Shown here piece after piece: positions 25,591 through 36,959 of a DNA stretch of 64,000 bases; the first letter of the stretch is position 1; each line of letters opens with the position of its first letter. The stretch is from Paraspadella gotoi. Its lineage: Eukaryota > Animalia > Chaetognatha. The stretch is taken from contig CM119270.1 in the NCBI GenBank assembly GCA_051294375.1, positions 3,013,562 to 3,077,561 of the forward strand, in the 5' to 3' direction. Position numbers and translations under genes: made by a program. The notes under the pieces were generated by a model. The model was not told where the DNA came from. It worked only from the letters and a program-made list of their open reading frames with translations, and did not search any database.

Positions 25591-25743
25591 GTTCTGTCGA
25601 AGAGAGAGTTATAACTTATAAAAAAAAAGATTTACCCAGCAATTAATTTGTCTGCCTTTCCCAACTTTCCTCTTTGTCAATGTCTTTTTCATCTTTGTCT
25701 TGGTTGTTGTCATCTCTTTTTTTTAAGTGTTCATCTTGATTTA

Positions 25744-25776
<33 letters not shown>

Positions 25777-26184
25777 CTCATCTTCACAAGATCGATAAAG
25801 AAAAGAGGATTTCGAGAGAAGAAAAGAAGCGAAGGCGAAAGAGCGATTGTTTTTTTTCCCGTTGTTATGGCAACCAGATGAGAGATGAGACGCGTTGACG
25901 CCGAACGACGACGACAAACGCGGCGACAACGACATCTATTTGGGCGACGACGACGACGACGATGACGACGATGGCAAATTATAAATTTAATTTATAAACA
26001 TTGTTAACATTGAAAGGATATCCTACGCGATTAGCCGGGACTCCAGTCACGTTGAAACTGATGCTCAGATTTGGCCAGAAGGTTGGGCTGAATGAATATC
26101 TGTGTTTTGAAACTTGTTCGGACCACAAGATACTTAAGAAAGTCGACCTCTTATCAAATTAAGACAATTCATAAAAGATTATAC

Positions 26185-26252
26185 TATGGTGGACTAAAAT
26201 CCACCAACCGTTCATCAGNNNNNNNNNNNNNNNNNNNNNNNNNCGCCATTGG
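26185..26252 (+). mobile_element. short interspersed repeat, copy 3 (5' fragment, interrupted by gap)
   Basis: tatggtggactaaaatccaccaaccgttcatcag..cgccattgg matches the reverse complement of 18088-18132. Confidence 0.7.
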
Positions 26253-26415
26253 AGTAGTATATGAGGCAGGCTAATCAACATTACTTTTGTTAGAGCAGAA
26301 TTGACCAGTGAATATGTAGTAGTAAGTATTAGTGGCCGGAGCGTTGGCCATAGTAACCCATGTGGGTGTTCGGAGTGAAGGGTGGGTTACGGGGGTTAAG
26401 TGGGGGGTGGTCCGT

Positions 26416-27370
26416 GAGAGTTTCGAAATTCTCCTTGACCAGGTTTGGAAATTTTCCGGCCAGAAGTTCGCGCCGGACTCCGGGTTCCAGAAAAATTTGT
26501 GGAAGTAGTTAGTTATTATTCCTTTAGTTCCTTATGTGGTCTGACTGTGAGAATTTCGAATTCTCCTTGACCGAGTTGCAAATTTTCCGTCTAAAACTTC
26601 GCTCTTCACTCCCGGTTTTCAGAAAAAAATTTGTAGAAAAAAAAAAAAAGAAGAGGAAAATTTGTAAAAAAAAAAATAGTTATATGTTATTCCTTTAGTT
26701 CCTTTATGTGGTCTGACTGTGAGAATTTCGAAATTCTCCTTGACCGAGTTGTAAATTTTCCGTCTAAAACTTCGCTCTTCACTCCGGTTTTCAGAAAAAT
26801 TTGTAAGAAAAAAAAAGACGGAAAAATTTTAAATTTTTTTTTAACAAATTATTTCTTTAACTTTCTTTATGTGGCCGAAGCGTTGAGAATTTCGAAATTC
26901 TCCTTGACCGAGTTGCAAATTTTCCGTTCATTTTTTTACTCTTCACTCCGGTTTCCAGAAAAAATTTGTAGAAAAGACGGAAAAATTTAATTTTTTTACA
27001 AATTATTTCCTTAACTTTCTTTATGTGGCCGAAGCGTGAGAATTTCGAAATTCTCCTTGACCGAGTTGCAAATTTTCGTTAATTTTTCACTCTTCACTCC
27101 GGTTTCAGAAAAAATTCTTGGAGAAAGAATGTGATCTAGACATAACGAGTTTCGAATCTTTGCGGGCAAACAAAAAAAAGTTGTTTTATTCCTAGCAAAC
27201 AACAGCTGGCCATCATTCTCGTCTGGCTTACAGCTGAGAAAAATTCGAACTCTTCCCTTCCTTTCTTTCCTTTCTTTTTCTACAAATTTTTCTGGAAACC
27301 GGAGTAAAAGAGTAAAAATTCTGACAGATATTTGCAAAGTGGTCAAGGAGAATTTCGAAATTCTCACAGA
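26416..27370. repeat. terminal array of ~130-170-bp units each with the 18-bp palindrome GAGAATTTCGAAATTCTC; last unit inverted
   Basis: Palindrome at 26416, 26549, 26721, 26885 and 27038; inverted unit at 27280-27370 (palindrome at 27348). Confidence 0.9.
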
Positions 27371-27989
27371 ATTATCATAAAATTTTCAAATTTTTTCTCT
27401 TACTTTTCTCCCCTTCGATCCTTCTTTTATATCCACCCAGACAATAAATTACTCGATCCTCAGCAGCTTTGCAACATCTCAGAATTCTCGTGTTCTCCGA
27501 TTGGACCCGGGAATCCCCAAGCTCTCCGATTGGATAGGAACTTTCTCCTTCACCACTCCTCATCATTTTCATTTTCTCTCCGTCTCGGGACCAGATGTTT
27601 TCTCGTCTCCTCGTGACCAATTTTTCTCTGTTCGAGACAAACAGGAGAGAGAAGAGAGAGAGAGAGAAAGATAAAGGAATAGACATTCACGAAAATTTGT
27701 ATTTTTTTTCTGTGAGAATTTGTAATTTTCTGTGAAAATTTGTGCTTCTCTGTGAAAATTTGAAATTTCCTGTGAAATTTCTGGAGATAATTTTTTTTCT
27801 AAATTTTCTACGCGGGTAGATCTTGCTTAATTTGTATTGATTATTTTAAATATTCAGACAGAAGGCCAAATATTTCCTGGCGAAAATGTAATTTTTTTCT
27901 GAAATTTTCCTGATTTCTGTGAAAATTTGTTAAAACTATGTGAGAATTTGTAAATTTCGCGAGAATTTTTAAAAAAAATACAAATTTTC

Positions 27990-28060
27990 ACAGCCAATCA
28001 GAAAGCGGTGGGGGGAGGAAGAGGAGAATGCAAGAATTTCTTATAAATTGTATAAGCAAA
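27990..28060 (+). promoter_or_regulatory. putative Pol II promoter of the Polinton gene cluster (CCAAT, G-rich box, TATA)
   Basis: agccaatcag...ggggggagg...ttataaa about 90-140 bp upstream of the ATPase ATG. Confidence 0.4.
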
Positions 28061-28132
28061 ATAATTAATAATCATTTTCGAATTTTTTCTCTTCGGAATT
28101 ACATATTTTTTTTTATTCGTAAAATATATAAA

Positions 28133-28930
28133 ATGTCACAAAATATGGAATTTTGACGATTGGGAGTCTTACTCGAGACACCCAAAAATAAAATGTTGGT
28201 TCTTTTGTTTGCGTTTTTGGCGCAAGCCATTGTGGTAAATCAACCTTTCTAAAAAGTGAGTTTTACAAAAGAAAAAATATATAAATATGACCTAAAAACA
28301 ATTGTTTTTTTTTTTGATACTTTCAGATTTGCTACTCGAGAAAGATCAGCAATTTTGAAAACTGCGTGACTAACCTAATATTACATTTACAGTAGAGAGG
28401 ACGAAAACGTCAGGGAACTGAAGCGTGCTTTTCCAAAGGGAATATTCCTAACCGAGTTTCCACAAGATTTGGCGTCATTGGTCATCCCAGATAAGAAAAT
28501 CATATTAATTGACGACAAGATTAGAGTCTATACAAAAAGAAAAACAGCTTCAGCGTACTATAAACACCCTCGCCAGTATTGATGTACATCATCTGAAAAT
28601 CGTCGCGGTATTTTTAACATTACAAAATTACGGCCCTTTGTATAAATCTCATCCCCTCAATTCGGCCGTAACACAGGCGTCTCATTTGATCTTCTTTCGC
28701 TCCCTGAACAATCTCTCCAATTTGAAACATTTTATGAATCAATTTTCATTAAATTTGAAAGGAGATCAATCTCTGTACGACGTTTATTCTGGTCATACAC
28801 AGAAGGAGCCGTATTCATATCTCCTCGTCTGTTCTTTCGGCGAGTCTGAGAAAACCAGAGGTCTATAGTGATATTTTTGTTCTGTGACGCTGACCAGCCA
28901 TTGCGGAGTTATCACAAGGAGATGATCTAG
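28133..28930 (+). pseudogene. A32/FtsK-like DNA packaging ATPase (Polinton-type), frameshifted, with intron 28256-28326
   Basis: Walker A VCVFGASHCGKSTFL, Walker B ILIDD, then VHHLKIVAVFLTLQN, ASHLIFFR and EPYSYLLV, matching recalled Polinton ATPase motifs. Confidence 0.85.
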
Positions 28931-28949
28931 ATTGAGAATAAACGAAAAA

Positions 28950-29286
28950 ATGAAATATTGTAAAAATTCCAAAAAATTTGAAAAAACTGCAAAAAAGTTA
29001 CGGGAAACGCAAAATTTTCAAAGAATCTGTCTCAGATGAGGTTTTAAAAACATTATTTGAAATTCTAAAAAACACTAATAACATCAACTTGGCGCATTGC
29101 TCGGTAAAAAAAACTCGAAGTAAATTGAAAAAATATAAAATTCTTTTGAAAAGTTGGCCAAGGAGGACTCTTTTATTTAAAAAAAAAGAAGGCTCTTGGC
29201 CAGTCCTCCCGATTTTAAAAACATAGTCTACAATTCCGATCCTGGTCGATTTCTTCAAAAATTGTACCATCATGTTAGATGCTTAA
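28950..29286 (+). pseudogene. small basic conserved Polinton protein (PW/core-protein-like)
   Basis: LKKLQKSYGKRKIF...VLKTLFEILKN...KLKKYKILLK..KKRRLL resembles the small Lys-rich ORF that follows the ATPase in Polintons. Confidence 0.55.
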
Positions 29287-29291
29287 TTGCA

Positions 29292-30109
29292 ATGGCGACC
29301 TTCGATTATCATTATAAAACCGACTAAACTGCGAAACATTCTACTAGCTGACGAATCTTGCGAGGAGAAATTGGATAAACTAAAGCATTGATAAAATTTG
29401 CCTATCGAGGACAAAGGGAAGCGGCGGCGTTGGCCGCGGAGACCGCCGCTGTTGAGGACAAGCTCGACTCTCTCGACTCGTCAAAAACAAAGATTCTCTC
29501 CGAATACGGCCCTCAAGAGGGTGCACTAGTAACGAGGTTATTGAATGAGATACAGAAAGTGTTCATTTGTCTTGGACCCTCGAACATTTGAACTAAAAAT
29601 AAACGATAAAAACTCTGCCTTTCACGGACATATCACTTTTAATTAAGAAATTTAATTAAAAGTAGGTCACCCATATTGCCGATCGGTTGGTTGCAATTCC
29701 TTCACGCTTTAATGCTAGCTAAAATTAGTTAAACTTTTTTCGCGACTCTGATTGTCGGAACATAAGAGATCAACTGGCGTTGATCGAAAAGGAAAAAAGA
29801 CGACTCTGCGATTTCGTCACCATCGTCATCAGAGCCGCCCATTGGACAAGCAGTGGAACCACAGTCGAGTGAAGTTGTAGCAGAGGAAACAGCAGAAGAA
29901 GCTAGTCGAGAATTAGAGGATTCGGGGTGCAAACTGATAAAGCGTTAAAGCGCGCCTTGGAGGCGGACGACGGCGACGGCAACGACGAGGACAACGCTGA
30001 GACAAACCTGTAGTAGCCACGCAAGAGGAAACGGGTGCGCTTAGAACTTTACCCGGAAATAGTTCGGAATGGCAGGAAGCTCGAGCCAAAAAGAAAGAAG
30101 AGGAAATAG
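29292..30109 (+). pseudogene. conserved Polinton/adintovirus protein of unknown function, frameshifted
   Basis: LRNILLADESCEEKLDKL, RLLNEIQK...SWT..ELKIND..., LPIGWLQFLHAL, then an acidic tail. Confidence 0.55.
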
Positions 30110-31272
30110 TAACGAGAGCAATTTAGAACCCAATTCTCATTATTTTATCCAAGAATGTAAAAGAAATACACAAGTATTTAAAGCGGATAGGACATGAGAT
30201 TAACCCATATGATATAAAAACAGTTTACATAAACAAAAAAGCTCCACATATTTAACAATACTATTTCGTTTGCAAAATTAAACAAACCTCAAAGCAATTT
30301 AGGTGGCAGAGCAAAATTTTTTTTGGCGACTTTCATGCTGACTTGATAGTGTTGAGTAAAACATCGCAGTTATGGAACAAGCCAAAGATTAATTCTTTCA
30401 GTCATCGACGAGTTAAGTAAATATGTATTTTTAGAGTTGTCGGGATCCACGCAGTTTTCTCGCAAAAATCTGTTGGATAGAATTTTTTCCAGACCAGTTT
30501 TAAATGGGGTTTCTGTTGAAGAACTGGTGACAGATAGTGGGGTCGAGTTCACGTCATTGGCCTTTAATGAATATATGAAAGCGAAAAATATAAAATTAAC
30601 TAATATTAAACTCCGTGAAGAGAGAAAAAGTTCGGGGAGTGGTATTGCAGAGAGGAGTAATAGAAGGATTCGCCAGAAACTAGAAACTTTTATACCGAAT
30701 CGAAAACGAAGATGCGCCTACAAAAAAATTTTACCCATTTTAGAAAAACAATTGAACAACGAAGTATGGACGTCTTGGGGTATAAGCGCAACGACCGCGC
30801 TGACATTGCGCCCGGCGTGACATATTAATGATAACGACAAGCAAAAGATCCAGAAAAGGCCGCATTATTTCCGGGAAATGCTCAATAGCGAACAGAAAAC
30901 TTTAAAAAAAATACTCTATAGTAAAAATATATAAAAATAAAAACTAAAGACTTATTTAATAAAGAGTCGTATGGTGTCACGTCGGACCAGAATTACATTA
31001 TTATTAGACGTAATTAAAATTTCAAGATACCCCTAGTTATGTACTTGGTCGTTTGTTCGACTTTGAAAAGTTGCAAAACCAAACTTTTAAGGGGGCAGAA
31101 CTTGTGCCTCAAAATTCTTAGTTTTTGGAGGCGTTGTCGTAACGCAGAAGTCGCGATCGAAAAAGTAATATCCGAAACTAACTTTGGTAAACATGTTTTA
31201 TATAAAATTAAAAACTATGATAAACTTTTGTCGCTAGCAAGTCTATCGTTGATTTATTGTGATTTTGTTTAA
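30110..31272 (+). pseudogene. retroviral-like DDE integrase (c-integrase) with C-terminal chromodomain-like segment
   Basis: HADLIVL (D1), IDELSKYVF, LVTDSGVEF (D2), GIAERSNRRIR (E), FNKESY, IEKVISETNFGKHVLYKIKNY; several stops and frameshifts. Confidence 0.88.
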
Positions 31273-31285
31273 TTTCAGTTTCGCG

Positions 31286-32422
31286 ATGGCCCCATTATTG
31301 GTTGAATATCAGAAAACGTTAATGTGAGCCATTCCCAAATTCACATTTTAAATGATCAAATGTTGCAAAATGATGTGGTTAAATTAACATTCGATGTGAT
31401 ATTTCTAAATGACCTTGGTTGCTTTCGCGCTGGCGTCGCTTTTGTCAGGTGTCGGGAAGCATATACCACCGCGATTCAAATAGAAGCCCACTGTGGCACA
31501 AGACGAGAATTTTTGTCGCCGGCGGACATCTTTCGGTTGGAGGGGAGGAATAAACCAATTCGAAATGACTTTAGTTTGCTTTGGGGAAATTCACGTTTCG
31601 TCAGACACCCCACAGTGCAGCATACGGAATAAACTAATTTTAGTTACTATGTCTCCGAAGGTCTAAGCCAGTTTGACTACGCATCAGAAGACGGGAAATA
31701 TTCATGTCCATCGAAGACATTAAAATCCCCAGGGTTGTTAAGACTATATCCTTCAAGTGCTATACTCTAACTACAAGAGAGACGAAGGTGGTGACGGAAC
31801 GGAAGCCCGAGACGACATGGCACAATTTAAGTTACTCAACTGTACTGTCGAATACAGATCATTCGAAGAATTGGCGGAAACAACTGACTGTTTGCTGTAG
31901 TCAGGCGATGGTTTGAACATGGACAGTGAAGATCATATAAGATTTACTTACAAACATAAAAATTTTATATGGAAAGGGCGTCTATTTTATTATTTATACA
32001 TGACACCAAATTGGCTCTCTTTAATGGGTTTCACAGATGAGTACCAAAAGAGTCCGGACAAGCGCGCGGTTGCAATTTCCATTCACTAGACCGTTTCCAG
32101 TAAATATGTTTATTTTATCGATGGTGAGAATAAGAATTTGTACATTATTTTTCAGGATTTTATATGCAGGGCCTCTAATTTTTGTATATTTCGTGGGAGA
32201 GTCACAAATAGCTTAATCGATGTTAATATGCAAACGGGTTTTCCCGCTTTAAAAAATAGCGTCTCTTCTATCAAGCGACAAGTGCTATCGGAGGATGTTT
32301 TAAAATCCTCGTTTTTAATTAATTTACACTTTTAAATGACTCTTTCAAATCGTTATAGTGAAGTTTTTGATTTTAAATCGACCCCCCTTTCTTTCGTCAT
32401 AAAATTATATAAAAATGCTTAA
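31286..32422 (+). pseudogene. probable minor capsid (penton) protein, decayed
   Basis: Position after the integrase, ~380-codon span, beta-strand-rich fragments, and C-terminal LYIIFQDFI...FDFKSTPLSFVIKL resembling the penton C-terminus. Confidence 0.5.
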
Positions 32423-32444
32423 ATTTGAATTTTCATTTTATTAG

Positions 32445-33240
32445 ATGGACAATTTTTTTCTATCTGGTGAGCAAAAAGAAAAAAATTTTCTCGTCAACTG
32501 CCTACGACTGTGATTGCGATTGCCATTCTGTTACTGCCTCTCCGCCTCGCCGACAAGTGGTCTACGAGAAAATCACGCAACAAATTCAAACAAAAGGGAT
32601 TCAGACGATCCGACGACGGCAAACCAACATATAAAAGCCAAAATCGAAATAAAAAAATATAATAGCTTATTATTATAACATATCCGCGTTGGGAGTTTAA
32701 AATAATTAACAAACAATAAAAATGGTATCTCGTATGCCCCCGAATTTCTGGAATATATGGAAATCAATTTTGCCCTGCACCAGATGAAAGTTTAATTTTG
32801 TTTTTTCGTCGATGAAAAGGGGGAAAAATCGACGAGGTGTCAAAAAGTATAGAAAGTACTTCGAGGAAATCTACAGCGACATCCTCGTCAAATAAAAAAA
32901 GAAACGACCGACCAAGAAAAAAGACAAGCAAAAAATCTAAAAAAAAACCACAACAAAAAACCAAAACGCAACCAAAAACAAAGAAAAACACAAAAAAAAC
33001 AAATAAGACAAAATCGTCTAAAACGTCTAAATCTAAAAAGATGGAACCCAGTGAAAAGGAAAAAAAGGCAAAAAGAAGGAAAGAGAACACAGTTCCTCTG
33101 AGGACGAAGAAGACGATGACGTCGACGAAGGCAGTGAGGGGTGCGAGTCTGGTGAACCCGGTCAGAGGGAAGCGGTACGGATGACGAGGTCGATTCCTCA
33201 TCTTCGTTTTTTCTCTTTCGGACGGTCGAAGCTCACGATC
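32445..33240 (+). pseudogene. unknown element ORF with Cys-rich start, Lys-rich tract and acidic tract
   Basis: MDNFFLSGEQKEK..CDCDCH.., KKKPQQKTKTQPKTKK.., SEDEEDDDVDEG across frameshifts. Confidence 0.4.
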
Positions 33241-33694
33241 ACTCTTCGTCTGACAGAGAGACGACCCAAGGGAAATGATTCGAACGACAGCTGCGCCCGG
33301 GCCCATTTGCTTTTTTTTTGGGGGGGGGGTGGCGGTGACGCTCAAAAATTTTCCTCCAATCAGAAACACTGAGAAATTTCGAAATTCTCAGGGCCGCGAA
33401 TGTACGCAGAAACTTTCGAGTCCATTTGCAGGCTGTGAGAATTTCGAAATTCTTACGTCAAATCGGAGACCATGAAAATTTGGAGAAACGTCTCTTGTTC
33501 GTATATAGCTTGATCCGGTTTTAAATTTTTTTCTCATTTTGTTTTGTGATTCTCTCGCGTTAACATCTCTGTCGAATTTTTTTTCCCAGCGTCACATAGA
33601 AAAAAAAACTTTTCGAATCTCACAGCGCCACATATAAAAAAACTTTCGTTCTCCAAGGCCCCCCAACATAAAAAAAACTTTTTTTCTGTATCTT

Positions 33695-33732
<38 letters not shown>

Positions 33733-33751
33733 ATTCTTTGTAAACTTTGAA

Positions 33752-34411
33752 ATGGCCCATTTACATCAGGCCAAATCTGCGACCGGAGATGAATTCGCAT
33801 CGCCCATTGTTCAACTCGATAGAACCGTTGGAGCATCAACGTCTAAAACGCCTGACATTTCACTTCCTGTTAAACGGGAGTTGCATTTTTTCTTCAACGA
33901 CGAGGCCGTGCCTTCGGGCGTTGCTACACAGAGTCCGCCGTCATCGCCGGGGTCCTCCCTAGCCACAATTTTCCGAGGCTTCGACGCCTTATGCTCCGCT
34001 TAGCGACAGGGTGGTCGCCAATGAGTGCTCCATCTCGATGTTACACAAAAAGATCGTGGCGCTCGAGACCGCGTTTCTCGCATCAAGCGCTCAGCTTTTG
34101 TTGTCGACAACGGCAAAATCGACGCGTCGCCAAAATGTCACACAACCGGAGGTTGTTTCGGCCATATTGGCTCGCTGAAGATGGGCGCCCGCAGTGTTGG
34201 TGTCTCGCGGAAGTTTGTCCAGGAATATGTTTCCGCCGAGGTTGGCTTCGTCAGGGGTCTCTATGCAAAAAAAAATCAATGGCATTTTGTCTGGGCTCGT
34301 CGAGGAGGCTCTGTCAGCCTCAATCAGCTGACGGGCTTGTATCTACTGCCATCAACGGAGAATAATCAACGGATTTGCCAATGGAGTCGTCGAATTAAAA
34401 ACAAACTCTGA
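33752..34411 (+). pseudogene. unknown element ORF (~215 codons, internal stops), followed by AATAAA
   Basis: MAHLHQAKS... continues in frame to ...WSRRIKNKL; CCAAT/TATA upstream and polyA signal at ~34438. Confidence 0.4.
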
Positions 34412-36024
34412 CTTTTTGCCATTTATCTTCAATTTTAAATAAAAATTTTTTTGTCGCTTTCTTTTTTTTTCTTGTTTGTAATTAGCTTATACGATTAAAT
34501 GTATTACTTATTATACCATTTCTTTGGAATTTTTTTTTATTTCACAAAAAATAATCAAAGAAATTAAAGGAGATGGAAAACATGGAAAACATGGAAAAGG
34601 CATGTAAAAACATGACAACATAGACCTCATAAACATCAATTGTCGCCGTAGCAACGAAGAAAACAAAAAACAAGGACGAAAAAAAGCGGTCGTCACCTTG
34701 ACGACGACGAGTCGGGCGAAGACAACAAAAACAAAAACAATGAATACATCGTTGAAAGGAAATGAGAGANNNNNNNNNNNNNNNNNNNNNNNNNTGAGGA
34801 GAGAAGGGAGAGGACGAGAGTGAGAGGAGAGAGGAGAGATGAGGAGAGAGGAGAGAGAGAGAGAGAGAGATGGAGAGGAGAGAGGGAGAGAGGAGATGAG
34901 AGAGAGAGAGAGAGAGGAGAAAGAGAGAGAGAGAGGGGAGAGATAAGAGAGAGAAGAGAGTTTTAGAGTTACAACTACAACCTGTATTCCAATGCCCAAT
35001 ATTAAATGTTCGTGGAGCGTGGAACAGCTGGCAGCCTCACTGATCCCGACGCCAAAAGCGCAAAATTGTTTTTGACTTTCTTCGGCGCTTGAACGAAGTC
35101 GCGAAAACTATTAAAGGCGCTTAAGTGAAGACGGAAAAGAAACGACAAAACTCCCGATTATTAATGGTCGCCAGGGAAACATTGTTTTTTTTTGCTTTTT
35201 TCATTTTTTTTCTTGGTTCAATTTTTTTTTTCTTATTCACGCCTTCTCTCGCGAAAGACGAAAATGTTTAAGTCTTTCTTCTTTTTTTTTTCTTTCTTTT
35301 CTTCCTTTTCTTTTATATTTTCTTTTTAATTTCTTTAGTTCAATTTTTTTTATTTCTTTTTGTAATTTTTTTTTTTTATCGAGGCTTTTATTTTTTCAAT
35401 CATTTAGTCATACTTGCCAATTTTATCAGTTTTTCTTTTTTTTTTCAGCCTTTCTTTTTATTTTTAATATTTCACGTTTTTGCTAAAAGCTACACGTCAT
35501 TCAATTTTGGGTGTTTTTTTTTTCTTTTTTTTTCTCAACCAGACGTGAATTTTTTCGTGATTCTTTCTGCTTCTTAAATTAAAGACCTACTTTCTTTTTT
35601 TGTTTTTTTGGTTTTTTTTTCTCTCTTTCCAAATTTGCAATTCTTTAAATGGAAAAAAAAACTTTTTCTCCTTTCCTAAATTTTAAAATTTTTTGAACGT
35701 ATTGACTTTTTTTTTCTTTTTTCGAACCTCTCTATCTCTATCAGTGTCTTTTGTTTAGTTTTTATTGTTCTTTTCTTTTTCTATCTCTCTATCTTAATCA
35801 ATGTCTTCAATTTTTTTTCGTTGGTCTCATTTACGATCCAGGTTTCGCTTCATTTAATCTACATACTTCACTTTAGCTACATTTCATAGTACAACAAATT
35901 TCTCTTTCGACTCTAATTCTAAACTCAAATTGTATTCAATGTTTGCTTTTCGGTTAAAAAGAGAGACAGAATTGACAACTCGATTTAAACTTACAGAAAA
36001 GGGTGTGTGTGAGTGAGTGAGTTA

Positions 36025-36873
36025 NNNNNNNNNNNNNNNNNNNNNNNNNNNNNNNNNNNNNNNNNNNNNNNNNNNNNNNNNNNNNNNNNNNNNNNNNNNN
36101 NNNNNNNNNNNNNNNNNNNNNNNNNNNNNNNNNNNNNNNNNNNNNNNNNNNNNNNNNNNNNNNNNNNNNNNNNNNNNNNNNNNNNNNNNNNNNNNNNNNN
36201 NNNNNNNNNNNNNNNNNNNNNNNNNNNNNNNNNNNNNNNNNNNNNNNNNNNNNNNNNNNNNNNNNNNNNNNNNNNNNNNNNNNNNNNNNNNNNNNNNNNN
36301 NNNNNNNNNNNNNNNNNNNNNNNNNNNNNNNNNNNNNNNNNNNNNNNNNNNNNNNNNNNNNNNNNNNNNNNNNNNNNNNNNNNNNNNNNNNNNNNNNNNN
36401 NNNNNNNNNNNNNNNNNNNNNNNNNNNNNNNNNNNNNNNNNNNNNNNNNNNNNNNNNNNNNNNNNNNNNNNNNNNNNNNNNNNNNNNNNNNNNNNNNNNN
36501 NNNNNNNNNNNNNNNNNNNNNNNNNNNNNNNNNNNNNNNNNNNNNNNNNNNNNNNNNNNNNNNNNNNNNNNNNNNNNNNNNNNNNNNNNNNNNNNNNNNN
36601 NNNNNNNNNNNNNNNNNNNNNNNNNNNNNNNNNNNNNNNNNNNNNNNNNNNNNNNNNNNNNNNNNNNNNNNNNNNNNNNNNNNNNNNNNNNNNNNNNNNN
36701 NNNNNNNNNNNNNNNNNNNNNNNNNNNNNNNNNNNNNNNNNNNNNNNNNNNNNNNNNNNNNNNNNNNNNNNNNNNNNNNNNNNNNNNNNNNNNNNNNNNN
36801 NNNNNNNNNNNNNNNNNNNNNNNNNNNNNNNNNNNNNNNNNNNNNNNNNNNNNNNNNNNNNNNNNNNNNNNNN
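36025..36873. other. assembly gap (others at 13651, 26219, 34770, 38065-38986, 39724, 39974, 45919, 49537-50073, 50606-50822, 54057, 54925-55385, 57472)
   Basis: N runs. Confidence 1.
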
Positions 36874-36915
36874 AGTTAAGAGAGAGAAGACAGATGAGAG
36901 AGAAGAGAGACGAGA

Positions 36916-36959
<44 letters not shown>

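Larger units (their letters stand above)
26318..34769 (+). mobile_element. decayed Polinton/Maverick (adintovirus-like) endogenous dsDNA virus element
   Basis: Co-oriented, tightly packed frameshifted ORFs in Polinton order: packaging ATPase, small basic protein, conserved WxxxxEL...PxGWxxF protein, DDE integrase, penton-like. Left end has AGTAGT and a tandem-repeat array; the right boundary is uncertain. Confidence 0.85.

Noticed and set aside
26416-27115. Palindromic repeats as CRISPR array or heat-shock elements
   Set aside because: Inter-palindrome sequence is itself repeated (no unique spacers), and the GAA/TTC spacing does not fit nGAAnnTTCn.
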